From the NCBI GenBank assembly GCA_016715625.1, contig JADJZU010000013.1, forward strand, positions 28,397 through 92,396: a DNA stretch of 64,000 nt, written 5' to 3'. Below are positions 10,176-19,298 of the stretch, in pieces; within the stretch, counting starts at the first letter, position 1; each line of letters begins with the position of its first letter. The notes beneath the pieces were generated by a model, which was given only the letters and a program-made list of their open reading frames with translations, did not search any database and was not told the origin of the DNA. This stretch comes from Bacteroidota bacterium. Lineage in GTDB: Bacteria > Bacteroidota > Bacteroidia > Chitinophagales > LD1. The position numbers were made by a program, and so were the translations under genes.

Positions 10176-10739
10176 TTAGCGGATGAGTTGTTCAATTGTT
10201 TTCGGCAACCATTCATGTTCCAGCGATTGGATTTTTTGGGCAAGTGATTCCGCTGTTTCGTTGATCGCTAGTGTCAATTTCTGTTGTAGTATAATTTCTC
10301 CTTCATCATACTTCTCGTTCACGTAATGAATGGTAATGCCCGATTCTGTTTTGCCTGCTGCAATCACCGCTTCATGCACTCGGGCGCCATACATACCTTT
10401 ACCGCCAAATTCGGGGAGAAGTGCCGGGTGTATATTCACTATGCGATTCGGAAAATGCTGAAGAAGAAAAGGAGGGATTAATTGCAGAAAACCAGCCAGC
10501 ACTATCCAGTCTGCCTGGACGGCCTGCAAGAGACGCATCATTTTTTCGCTGTCGCCAAAAAAATCTTTACTGACAACAGCCGACATGATTTTGTTGCTGT
10601 GTGCCGCTTGTATGACAGCGGCTGATGGGTTATTAGTGACTACCAAGCAAACTTTAGCTGCCGGGTGGTTACTAAAATGTTTTATCAAGGCAGCAGCATT
10701 GCTTCCTTTTCCGCTGGCGAAGATGACGATGTTTTTCAC
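10176..10739 (-). CDS. purN: Phosphoribosylglycinamide formyltransferase
   Basis: 187 aa with IVIFASGKGSNAAALI, DWIVLAGFLQLIPP, IVNIHPALLP and GITIHYVNEKYDEGEII. Confidence 0.88.
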   Translation of the reverse strand: MKNIVIFASGKGSNAAALIKHFSNHPAAKVCLVVTNNPSAAVIQAAHSNKIMSAVVSKDFFGDSEKMMRLLQAVQADWIVLAGFLQLIPPFLLQHFPNRIVNIHPALLPEFGGKGMYGARVHEAVIAAGKTESGITIHYVNEKYDEGEIILQQKLTLAINETAESLAQKIQSLEHEWLPKTIEQLIR

Positions 10740-10750
10740 GGATGCGAATT

Positions 10751-10788
10751 AAATAAAGAACGCTCAGATGGTATCATCTGAGCGTTCT
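10751..10788 (-). terminator. Rho-independent terminator after the 1784-aa gene
   Basis: A perfect 13-bp stem, GAACGCTCAGATG (10758-10770) paired with CATCTGAGCGTTC (10775-10787), with a GTAT loop. On the minus strand it is followed by TTTATTTAATT. Confidence 0.7.
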
Positions 10789-10805
10789 CAAAATCAGCTT
10801 TCAAA

Positions 10806-13800
10806 CTACTTCACAATAAACTTTCTGACGATGCGCTCATCGTTGTAGTAAATGCGAATGAAATATTCTCCGGTGACAAACTGCTGACGTTGCAGTTCAT
10901 AATCTGTTCGGCCTACCGGCATTTCCTGCGAATATCCTTTTACTACGTACCTTCCATACACATCTGCTATGTCGATAGTCACTGTACCGGGCTTAGGCAA
11001 AATAATGCCTAAGCCAGATTTATTCATTACGGGATTGGGTGATGGACCGGCTAACTGAATTCCCCCGGTGAGTGTGGCACATTCCTGATTGTTGGTGACC
11101 GATACTTCTTGTTCGCCTTGGTTAACTTCTCTGGCGCGAACACACACATAAGTATTGGCATTCGGCTCAGATAACACGAATTCGGCTGAAAAACTGTAAG
11201 GTAGCGTTTGTCCGCTTTCGAGTAATCCGGTCCAATCTTCGCTGATCACACTACCGCTTCCTACGGTGGCATATAATTGAATGTCTGTGATGACTCTTGT
11301 TCCTATGTTGCTCAAACTTGCATCTACTTTTATCAGCACAGAGCCATCCGCTTGCACTGTTTTAATTACCTCCACATCGCTCACTGCTATGTCCAGTGCA
11401 GTCGGGGCCACGATGAAAAATCTGGAGGTGGTATCCTTGCAACCTGCTTGATTGGTCGCTTGAAGTAAAATCTGAAAAGTATCATTGGCGATAAACGTGT
11501 GGATTGGATTTTCGTCTGTTGAAGTTCCGCCATCTCCAAAATTCCAGTCAAAGCCCGTGGCATCAGTTGTCAAATTAGAAAACTGTATATCTGCAGGCGC
11601 TTCACCATACAAAGGAGTAATGGCAAAATTTGCATTCGGAGCAGCGCGAACTGTTAGCTGACTTTGTACAGAATCCACACACCCTTTGAGTGTAGTAATC
11701 TTTAAAGTAATCGGGTAAAGACCTGTATCGCTGAAAATATGTTGTGGCGATGCTGTGTTGTAAATAGTGCCATCTACATTCCATCGCCAGTTTGCTACAG
11801 GGTCGCTGAAGGTGACAGAACTATCCGCGAGTAAAAATGGGACATCCTCGCAAGCAATCACGCTACCAATATTGGCCACCGGAGGGTTAACTACAGTAAT
11901 CAGCTGCACTGAAGTGTCCACACAACCAATGGCATTCTCCACTTTCAGGGTTACAAAATAGTTGCCCGGGGAAACGTATTGGTGTTTGGGGTGGCTGTTT
12001 AAAGAGAAAGGCGTACCATCGCCAAAGTTCCAAAGCCAGCTAACAATAGATAATGAAGCTGTGGTGTCGATAAAAACAGTGGAGTCACCTATACATACTT
12101 TATCAAACGAAAAAGCAGCCACAAATGGCGCAAAAACTTCCAGCGTTTTAACTACTGTATCCGCGCAACCTACATCGGTGGCCACTATTAGTTGTATGCT
12201 CACTGTTCCAGGTTGATTGAACTCGTAAGTTGGTATCTGAAGCGAAGATGTATCCAAACCGCCAAACGTCCACTTCCACGATGTTACAGAGTCGTTGAAC
12301 AACACTACGCTGTTATCATAAAATACGGTGTTGCTTCCGGCACAAACTACATTCGGGTAAGAAAAGTTGCCAGTGGGTGGCGCTGATACTTTGATGGGCT
12401 GAATCAAACTACCGCTACAACCTGAATCTGTAGCCAATGTTAATTCTACCGGATAGGTGCCCGGGAAATTATAAAGGTGTGTGGGGCTAAAATCGTTGCT
12501 GGTATTGCCATCCCCGAAATCCCATTCAAAAAAGTGGATGACATCGTTGCCTACTTGTGTGGTTTGATTTACTAAAGTGGCAGAGTCACCAAAACAAAGA
12601 TTAGCGGTAATGAAGGCTACTTGCGGTGCAGTTTGATTCGCTCGTACAATTGCAGTGTCTTTAGCCACACAATTGTTGTTGTCGGTTACTGTTACCTGGT
12701 AGGTAAGTGTCCCTAAATTACCGATAGTGACAGACGGCCCTAACTCATTATTACTCCAGATAAAATAAACAGGGTTGTAAGTGCCCGTATCTGCAGCTAA
12801 GGTATTGCCTACGCAGATGTTGGTATCAGCCGGAAGCAGTGAACGCAGCGCAAAGCTATCTACTGCCACTGAAATGGTATCGGTTATGAATACACAATTA
12901 TTGGTGTCAGTAATTAAGCAGAAGTAATTTCCCGAGGCCGTTATAGGGATGCTGGCTGAAGTAGACCCGTTATTCCAGGAAAACTGGTAAGGACTACCGG
13001 GCAAAAGTGGAAACAGCAAAACGTTGTCATAATTGCAAATGGTAGTGTCATCAAAACTGGTGCCCGACACGGGAATATTTACCACTACTGTGTCGGAACT
13101 GGTGCGACCGAATACATCCGTTACATTTATCCAATAAGTGCCGCTTTTCTTGATGCTGATTTGGCTGACGGCTGTATCTCCGGTGCTCCAGGTATAACTT
13201 AAAAACCTATTTCCGGCATTCAGTGTTACCGGACAAACGCTGTAAGCGTTATTGATATCCGGCCCCAGGCTTACCGGTGGAGCATACTTGGTATAAAGAT
13301 AATTTTCAACCTGGGTTCGCTCCGCTCCGCTTAATGCTTTTTTGTAAACTATTACCTCCGCAATTTCGCCATTATAATAACCATAGCCCTGACCAAAGCC
13401 CAACACATAATTGCTATTCATGAAGGTGCCGGAAAGTGCCGCGCTCGAAGAGTAAGCGCTCTCGGTACTGTTGATATACAAACGTGATTCGCTACCAAAG
13501 TTTTTGACCATACCGAATAATCCATACCGAAAGCCAGTGTTGGGCATGCTGTTCGGTACGTCTAAAATCTGTGTATTATTCACATAGTCATTAATGAGTG
13601 TAAGCCTTCCCGTAAACATCCTCCGGTATAGCCACATCCCGTTGTTTAAAGTTCCGATATTGAAAATCCCTGCAAGAACGCCTGTCTGTGCGTTTCCCTT
13701 CGTAACTACAAATACAGATGAAGAACTTGCATCTATTCCGGGTATGGTCAAACCATTCAGCACATCATTGCTCCCATCAAATAAAAGTGCAGGTTTGTTA

Positions 13801-16160
13801 TTTAGTAACGTCACATTAGAAACTACTGACGGTGCATTGGCTGGGGTACTTTGGCTCGCATGCAGGTTATTGCCGCTGCCATCGCTCCATTGCGAAACCG
13901 TACCCCCACTGAGTACCACGCCACTGTCCGCTCTTAACCATACCGCGAGATTCGGCACGTTGCCCGGGGTAAAGATTTCAATAGAGTGAATGTTAGAGGC
14001 AGTGGTGGTGCCACAGAAGTTGGCTGCCAGTACTCTCCAATAATACAGCCCGGCTGTTGTGAAAGAAGTCGAGTAAGAATTGCTTTGAAGTGGCGCACTT
14101 TGCAAAACAATATTCGTAAATGACGGATTTGAAGCAACCTGCAATATGTAGCTGCTTGCGTTAACACTGTTATTCCAGTTAAACATAATGTTTGCCCCCG
14201 GAGTAGTAAATCCACTTGCTGGGGTGTTGAGGGTAAAATTGCCAGCGGTAAGGGCCGAGGAAGCAATACTGATTGTTTCGGTATCGGATGCACTGCACCC
14301 TTGTAAACTGCCTACCGTTAAGCTAACGGGTAGCGTACCGGTAGCTAAGTAGGTATGTGTTGGGTTGGCAGTTGTTGAAGTATTACCATCTCCGAAATTC
14401 CAGTTAAATGTTGACAGTGCATCTCCCGCGGCAGCGTTGCTTAGCGATGATGAAAAGGTAAACGGACTATTGGTGCAGGTGCTGAGTGGTGTTTGAATAA
14501 CAGCGGTGGGCAACTGCCGAACGAAAACGTTTTTAGTGACCGTGCCACTGCAGCCTACGTTTGTAGTTACTTGGAGAGTAACAGACTTTATGCCTGCGCT
14601 GCCAAATGTGTAGGATGGTGAATTTGTAGTGTTGGTTTGTCCGGGGGCAAAAGTCCACAGGTAGCCGGTGATATTAGCCGGGAAGGTTGCTGTAGATAAA
14701 TCGGTAAATTGGGTTGTATTTCCGAGGCAAACCGTGTCGGCATTAAAGTTAGCAAGTGGTATCTGTCCCACCACATTAACCAGGATACTATCTGATACCT
14801 GGCATCCGCTAAAACTTGTTACCGTTACGTTGTATTGGCCACTAGTTGTAATTGTTGTTGTAGGCCCTGTGGTTCCATCAGACCATTGAAAAGCCGCTGT
14901 GAGTGAATTGCCTGACTGAAGTCCTAAAGAACTTCCGGCACAAATGCTTGTATCAGCACCTAAACTTATGTAGATGGCAAAGCTGTCCGTTAGGACTAAT
15001 AGCGTATCTCTGTAAACACAACCGGAAGTATCTGTAACCAAAAGTGAGTACAGACCGCCATTAGCTATATTTATTTGAGATGTGCTGCCTCCATTAGACC
15101 AAATGTGGGTATAAGGCCCTGTTAAACCGGAAGTAATATTTAAACTACTACCTAAACATAATGTGTCATCCGCAAGCGGAAAAGCGCCCGGGAAATTTAC
15201 AATAATAGTATCGGAAGTTGTGTAGCCGAAGGCATCTGTTGCATTTATCCAGTATTTCCCCGGACGATTCACTGTGGTTGAAATCCCCGAAGCACCATTA
15301 GACCACTGATAATTTGAAAAGCCCGTGGGTGCTGTTAATGGAACTCCGCAAAATCCGTATGCCTGAGAAATGTCAGGGCCTAGATCTATTTGTGCAGCAT
15401 ATTTTAGTCGTAAATATTGTTCTACTCTATTTCTAGATGAGTCCGGCAAGGCAGTATCATACATGATAATTTCAGCAATGTCACCATTCAGAAAATTGAT
15501 TTCGCCCGCGTCTGTCGCATTATTGTAAGCTCCTATAAGAAAACGGTAAGTAGAGTTAAAATTATATGCAGTATTTTGAATTCCTGACAGCGTAACCCCA
15601 ATTTGTGAGCTGTTCTTGAACAGTTTTACTTGTTGACTATTCCTATTTACAATATTTGAAAAGATGGTAAATCCTGACGGGGCAGGGTTTGAGTTGATAC
15701 TTTGTTGCAAATTATCCTGATATAACAAGTCTACTCCGTTACTATTGTATCTTAAGGCGAACCTGTTCGGTACGCCAGATGCCAAACTTTTTGCTACAAA
15801 AGTACCTGCGGTCAAGTTGTTTGATTTAGCCACAACAAATAGCGTCCTCCCGCCCGTTCCAATATCAAAGTTATCGCCTGCATTCAAAAAGTCGTTTGCT
15901 CCGTCAAATCGTATTACAGGATTCCCATTAATAATGTTCCCACTCCAGAGGGGTTGCAAATTTGGTGTCACCTGATTTAAATTGGTTCCACTACCCGTGC
16001 AATTTCCCCAAGCGCTTACAAAATTGTTTGCATCTTTTGTAACTAGACTATCCGCCCGCAGCCACAAGCTAAGGTTGGCAATTTCTGTGGGGGCAAACTG
16101 CGATTTTACCGTTAAGAACCCGCAAAAAAGAATGATAACTATATCTGTTTTTTTTCTCAT
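10806..16160 (-). CDS. Giant secreted adhesin-like protein: two LamG modules, many PKD/Ig-like repeats and a T9SS type-A C-terminal sorting domain
   Basis: Signal peptide MRKKTDIVIILFCGFLTVKSQ. Two copies of a LamG-type block (WLRADS...V..W...G....L.Q......P..........NGNP/NNKPA..FDG..D.L) are each followed by GPDI..AY..C...L.A...F..Y.WS.G block. There are repeated PKD signatures (F.W.FGDG..S....P.H.Y...G.Y.V.L). The C-terminal ...TIDIADVYGRYVV...GEYFIRIYYNDERIVRKFIVK is typical of a Por/T9SS CTD. Confidence 0.85.
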   Translation of the reverse strand: MRKKTDIVIILFCGFLTVKSQFAPTEIANLSLWLRADSLVTKDANNFVSAWGNCTGSGTNLNQVTPNLQPLWSGNIINGNPVIRFDGANDFLNAGDNFDIGTGGRTLFVVAKSNNLTAGTFVAKSLASGVPNRFALRYNSNGVDLLYQDNLQQSINSNPAPSGFTIFSNIVNRNSQQVKLFKNSSQIGVTLSGIQNTAYNFNSTYRFLIGAYNNATDAGEINFLNGDIAEIIMYDTALPDSSRNRVEQYLRLKYAAQIDLGPDISQAYGFCGVPLTAPTGFSNYQWSNGASGISTTVNRPGKYWINATDAFGYTTSDTIIVNFPGAFPLADDTLCLGSSLNITSGLTGPYTHIWSNGGSTSQINIANGGLYSLLVTDTSGCVYRDTLLVLTDSFAIYISLGADTSICAGSSLGLQSGNSLTAAFQWSDGTTGPTTTITTSGQYNVTVTSFSGCQVSDSILVNVVGQIPLANFNADTVCLGNTTQFTDLSTATFPANITGYLWTFAPGQTNTTNSPSYTFGSAGIKSVTLQVTTNVGCSGTVTKNVFVRQLPTAVIQTPLSTCTNSPFTFSSSLSNAAAGDALSTFNWNFGDGNTSTTANPTHTYLATGTLPVSLTVGSLQGCSASDTETISIASSALTAGNFTLNTPASGFTTPGANIMFNWNNSVNASSYILQVASNPSFTNIVLQSAPLQSNSYSTSFTTAGLYYWRVLAANFCGTTTASNIHSIEIFTPGNVPNLAVWLRADSGVVLSGGTVSQWSDGSGNNLHASQSTPANAPSVVSNVTLLNNKPALLFDGSNDVLNGLTIPGIDASSSSVFVVTKGNAQTGVLAGIFNIGTLNNGMWLYRRMFTGRLTLINDYVNNTQILDVPNSMPNTGFRYGLFGMVKNFGSESRLYINSTESAYSSSAALSGTFMNSNYVLGFGQGYGYYNGEIAEVIVYKKALSGAERTQVENYLYTKYAPPVSLGPDINNAYSVCPVTLNAGNRFLSYTWSTGDTAVSQISIKKSGTYWINVTDVFGRTSSDTVVVNIPVSGTSFDDTTICNYDNVLLFPLLPGSPYQFSWNNGSTSASIPITASGNYFCLITDTNNCVFITDTISVAVDSFALRSLLPADTNICVGNTLAADTGTYNPVYFIWSNNELGPSVTIGNLGTLTYQVTVTDNNNCVAKDTAIVRANQTAPQVAFITANLCFGDSATLVNQTTQVGNDVIHFFEWDFGDGNTSNDFSPTHLYNFPGTYPVELTLATDSGCSGSLIQPIKVSAPPTGNFSYPNVVCAGSNTVFYDNSVVLFNDSVTSWKWTFGGLDTSSLQIPTYEFNQPGTVSIQLIVATDVGCADTVVKTLEVFAPFVAAFSFDKVCIGDSTVFIDTTASLSIVSWLWNFGDGTPFSLNSHPKHQYVSPGNYFVTLKVENAIGCVDTSVQLITVVNPPVANIGSVIACEDVPFLLADSSVTFSDPVANWRWNVDGTIYNTASPQHIFSDTGLYPITLKITTLKGCVDSVQSQLTVRAAPNANFAITPLYGEAPADIQFSNLTTDATGFDWNFGDGGTSTDENPIHTFIANDTFQILLQATNQAGCKDTTSRFFIVAPTALDIAVSDVEVIKTVQADGSVLIKVDASLSNIGTRVITDIQLYATVGSGSVISEDWTGLLESGQTLPYSFSAEFVLSEPNANTYVCVRAREVNQGEQEVSVTNNQECATLTGGIQLAGPSPNPVMNKSGLGIILPKPGTVTIDIADVYGRYVVKGYSQEMPVGRTDYELQRQQFVTGEYFIRIYYNDERIVRKFIVK

Positions 16161-16258
16161 AGCTCCTTAGGTTAACCTTATCTTGATTATATTTTATCTT
16201 AAGTCTTTACCAATGTAGTTATTTTAAATTATGTTGCAACTTCAAAATAAATAGCATA

Positions 16259-17353
16259 ATGCAGAACCAATCTGAAGTTGAACTATACAAGGAGATTGAT
16301 GCCTGTTCTTTAAATAACTTTGGCAGAGAAAATTTTGATGAAAATCGTTTTGGTGAATACGCAGAACGGGAGTATTCGTTTCAGTGGCTCCGAACTTTGT
16401 TAAACAGACGTAAGATAAAACAAGAGTATTATGATAAAGCTAATCCTCTGCTGTCTGTCTACGGGGATCGAATACAATCTGTCTACAATTTATTGCCTGA
16501 TACAGACAAAAAACTTCTCATCCAACTCCTAGCTTATAGATTAATGGGATTCGGCAAAGTGAAATTGCCGCTCAATACTCCACAGTATAAGCAGTATTTT
16601 GAACAAGCTGAGGGCTTAGTTTGCAGTAAAGAAACACTTGATCCTCATTTCTTGGGATTTATACTTCGAGATTTTGATTTGAAAGCCATAGGCTACAACG
16701 TTCGGTTTTTCTTTACCAATAAAGGTGTGGTAACCGATTTTATGATAGAACAATATGCTTATCGAAAGAATCAAGTAAAAGTTGAAGTAGTGCCAGGAGA
16801 TGTGGTATTAGACCTAGGGGCGTGTTGGGGGGATACAGCGCTGTATTTTGCCAACAAAGCGGGGGCAATAGGCAAAGTTTATTCTTTCGAGTTTATTCCA
16901 GGAAACATCAGCATTTTCGAGAAAAATTTGTCGCTTAATCCTTCTTTTCACAGCACAATTGAGATTGTCCAAAATCCGGTATCGGATAAATCTGGTAAGC
17001 AATTGTTTTATTTCGACAACGGTCCCGGTAGCAAAGTAGAAGATCAACCTTTTAGCGGGCAAACAGGAACTGCAATCACTGAAAGTATTGATGAATTTGT
17101 GGCAAAAAGGGGGATTGAAAAAGTGGATTTTATAAAAATGGACATTGAGGGGTCAGAGCCCTATGCTTTACTGGGCGCAATTGAAACTTTGCGTAAGTTT
17201 AAGCCTAAGTTGGCTGTAGCGATTTATCATAGCATGGATGACTTTACCAATATTCCTCTCTGGATAAATAATTTAGGATTAGGATATAAATTGTACTTGG
17301 ACCATTTTACCATACACTCAGAGGAAACAATCCTCTTTGCACAAGCTGATTGA
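16259..17353 (+). CDS. FkbM-family SAM-dependent methyltransferase
   Basis: VVLDLGACWGDTALYFANKAG (SAM-binding glycine loop), VYSFEFIPGN and DFIKMDIEGSEPYALLGA are FkbM hallmarks. Confidence 0.75.
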   Translation: MQNQSEVELYKEIDACSLNNFGRENFDENRFGEYAEREYSFQWLRTLLNRRKIKQEYYDKANPLLSVYGDRIQSVYNLLPDTDKKLLIQLLAYRLMGFGKVKLPLNTPQYKQYFEQAEGLVCSKETLDPHFLGFILRDFDLKAIGYNVRFFFTNKGVVTDFMIEQYAYRKNQVKVEVVPGDVVLDLGACWGDTALYFANKAGAIGKVYSFEFIPGNISIFEKNLSLNPSFHSTIEIVQNPVSDKSGKQLFYFDNGPGSKVEDQPFSGQTGTAITESIDEFVAKRGIEKVDFIKMDIEGSEPYALLGAIETLRKFKPKLAVAIYHSMDDFTNIPLWINNLGLGYKLYLDHFTIHSEETILFAQAD

Positions 17354-17358
17354 TCTTT

Positions 17359-18432
17359 ATGATACCTGTTACTAAAACTTTTTTGCCTCCGATTGATGAA
17401 TATTTGGCGTTGGTGAATAGAGCCTACGGCAACCACTGGCTTACTAATCGCGGTGAACTGGTTAAGGAGCTAGAAGCAAAATTGGTTGACTACCTGAAGG
17501 TATCAAAAATTACAATTACAAATAATGGGACTGTGCCTTTACAGATAGCCCTCAAACTATTAGGGAATAATGGCGAAATTATTACTACGCCATTTTCTTA
17601 TGTAGCTACTACAGCTGCAATAGTATGGGAGAATTGTACCCCTGTTTTTGTAGACATTCATCCTGATTTTTTGACCATAGATGAAAGTAAAATTGAGGCG
17701 GCTATTACATCTAAAACTACCGCTATTCTGGCTACTCATGTATTTGGTAACCCATGCAATGTAGATGCCATAGCATCTATTGCTCAAAAACATAACTTAA
17801 AAGTGATATATGATGCAGCACACAGTTTTGGAGTTAGTTTCAACGGCAAATCTATTTTTGAATTTGGCGATGTAAGCACTTGCAGTTTTCATGCTACAAA
17901 ACTTTTCCATACGGCCGAAGGCGGTGCTATGTTCTGTAAAGATCCTGAACTTCAGCATAAACTGTACTATAGTCATAATTTTGGACACAATGGTCCACTC
18001 GCTTTTTATGGCTTGGGCATAAATGGAAAGATTTCAGAGCTTCAAGCCGCTATGGGGCTTGCAGTTTTTCCATACATCAATCACATTATAGCAAGGCGAA
18101 AGGAGATAGTAGAGTTATACGAGCGTTTTTTGATTGGCAGCAATTTTCAACTTTTAAAGATAAGACCCAATACAGAATGGAATTACAGTTATTATCCGGT
18201 CATATTTAGCTCTGAAAGAGAATTATTGCAAATAATATCCGAGCTAAATGCTAAGCAAATTTTCCCTAGGCGTTATTTCTACCCCTCCTTAAATACAATC
18301 CCGTTTAGTAATGGCGCTCCAATGCAAATTTCCGAATCTATTGCATCCAGAATCCTTTGTCTGCCCCTTTACACCGATTTGGCAAAAGAGGATGTAATAC
18401 AAATTTGTAATACATTACTGCGAAAATCATGA
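17359..18432 (+). CDS. DegT/DnrJ/EryC1/StrS-family PLP-dependent sugar aminotransferase
   Basis: LATHVFGNPCNVDAIASIAQKHNLKVIYDAAHSFG and the PLP-lysine context STCSFHATKLFHTAEGGAM. The ATG at 17359 is preferred over the TTG at 17350. Confidence 0.8.
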   Translation: MIPVTKTFLPPIDEYLALVNRAYGNHWLTNRGELVKELEAKLVDYLKVSKITITNNGTVPLQIALKLLGNNGEIITTPFSYVATTAAIVWENCTPVFVDIHPDFLTIDESKIEAAITSKTTAILATHVFGNPCNVDAIASIAQKHNLKVIYDAAHSFGVSFNGKSIFEFGDVSTCSFHATKLFHTAEGGAMFCKDPELQHKLYYSHNFGHNGPLAFYGLGINGKISELQAAMGLAVFPYINHIIARRKEIVELYERFLIGSNFQLLKIRPNTEWNYSYYPVIFSSERELLQIISELNAKQIFPRRYFYPSLNTIPFSNGAPMQISESIASRILCLPLYTDLAKEDVIQICNTLLRKS

Positions 18433-19298
18433 AACCTCACTTTTTTATTCTAGGAAATCCTCGCTCTGGAACAACAATGTTTAGACTGATGATGAATAGT
18501 CATCCATTTATTTCGGTTCCTCCTGAATGTGGGTTTGCTGAATGGCATTACGAGCAATTTAAAGATTGGGATATTTCCAAATCCATTGATGATGATGCTT
18601 TGGCTGAGTTTATCAACCGTCTAAGTGGCTCAAAGAAAATTGAAACATGGAGATTAGACTATGATTTTTTGTATAGCCAAATCAAGGAATCAAACCCGTC
18701 TAGTTATGCTGAACTTTGTGAACTAGTATACTTATCCTACGCTGCTAAGCGCCAAAAATCGGTAAAGGTGTGGGGCGATAAGAATAATTACTACATTAAA
18801 AAACTCACTAAAATCAACGCCATTTTCCCAAACTCAAAATTTATAAAAATTATTAGAGACGGTCGTGATGTAGCTTGTTCTTACATTGACATGAAAAATG
18901 TGAAGTCAGACTCGGCCTACAAACCAATTTTGACGGATAATATTGCAGAAATAGCCAATGAATGGTTGAGTAATAATCAAGTGATTGATGATTTCTTGAA
19001 AACAATAGAAAGCCGCAGAAGCCTGACGATTCGATATGAGGACTTACTCACAAACACATCTGGAACATTAAAGTATGTGACAGATTTTCTGGAGGTGGTT
19101 TTTGACAGTAAGATGCTGGAATATTATCGAAATGAATCTGACTTGGAACCCGCTGAATTAATGGCATGGAAAATGAAAACTCAGCAGGCTCCAGATGTAT
19201 CGAACATGAATAAATACATTGGTGTTCTTTCCAATAATGACATACAAACTTTTAGTCAAATTGCTGGTGATTATCTAGGAAAGTATGGATACTCATAA
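18429..19298 (+). CDS. PAPS-dependent sulfotransferase-family protein
   Basis: A 5-prime-PSB-like loop FFILGNPRSGTTMFRLMMNSHP and a 3-prime-PB-like motif KIIRDGRDVACSY. The start overlaps the upstream stop (ATGA). Confidence 0.7.
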   Translation: MKPHFFILGNPRSGTTMFRLMMNSHPFISVPPECGFAEWHYEQFKDWDISKSIDDDALAEFINRLSGSKKIETWRLDYDFLYSQIKESNPSSYAELCELVYLSYAAKRQKSVKVWGDKNNYYIKKLTKINAIFPNSKFIKIIRDGRDVACSYIDMKNVKSDSAYKPILTDNIAEIANEWLSNNQVIDDFLKTIESRRSLTIRYEDLLTNTSGTLKYVTDFLEVVFDSKMLEYYRNESDLEPAELMAWKMKTQQAPDVSNMNKYIGVLSNNDIQTFSQIAGDYLGKYGYS

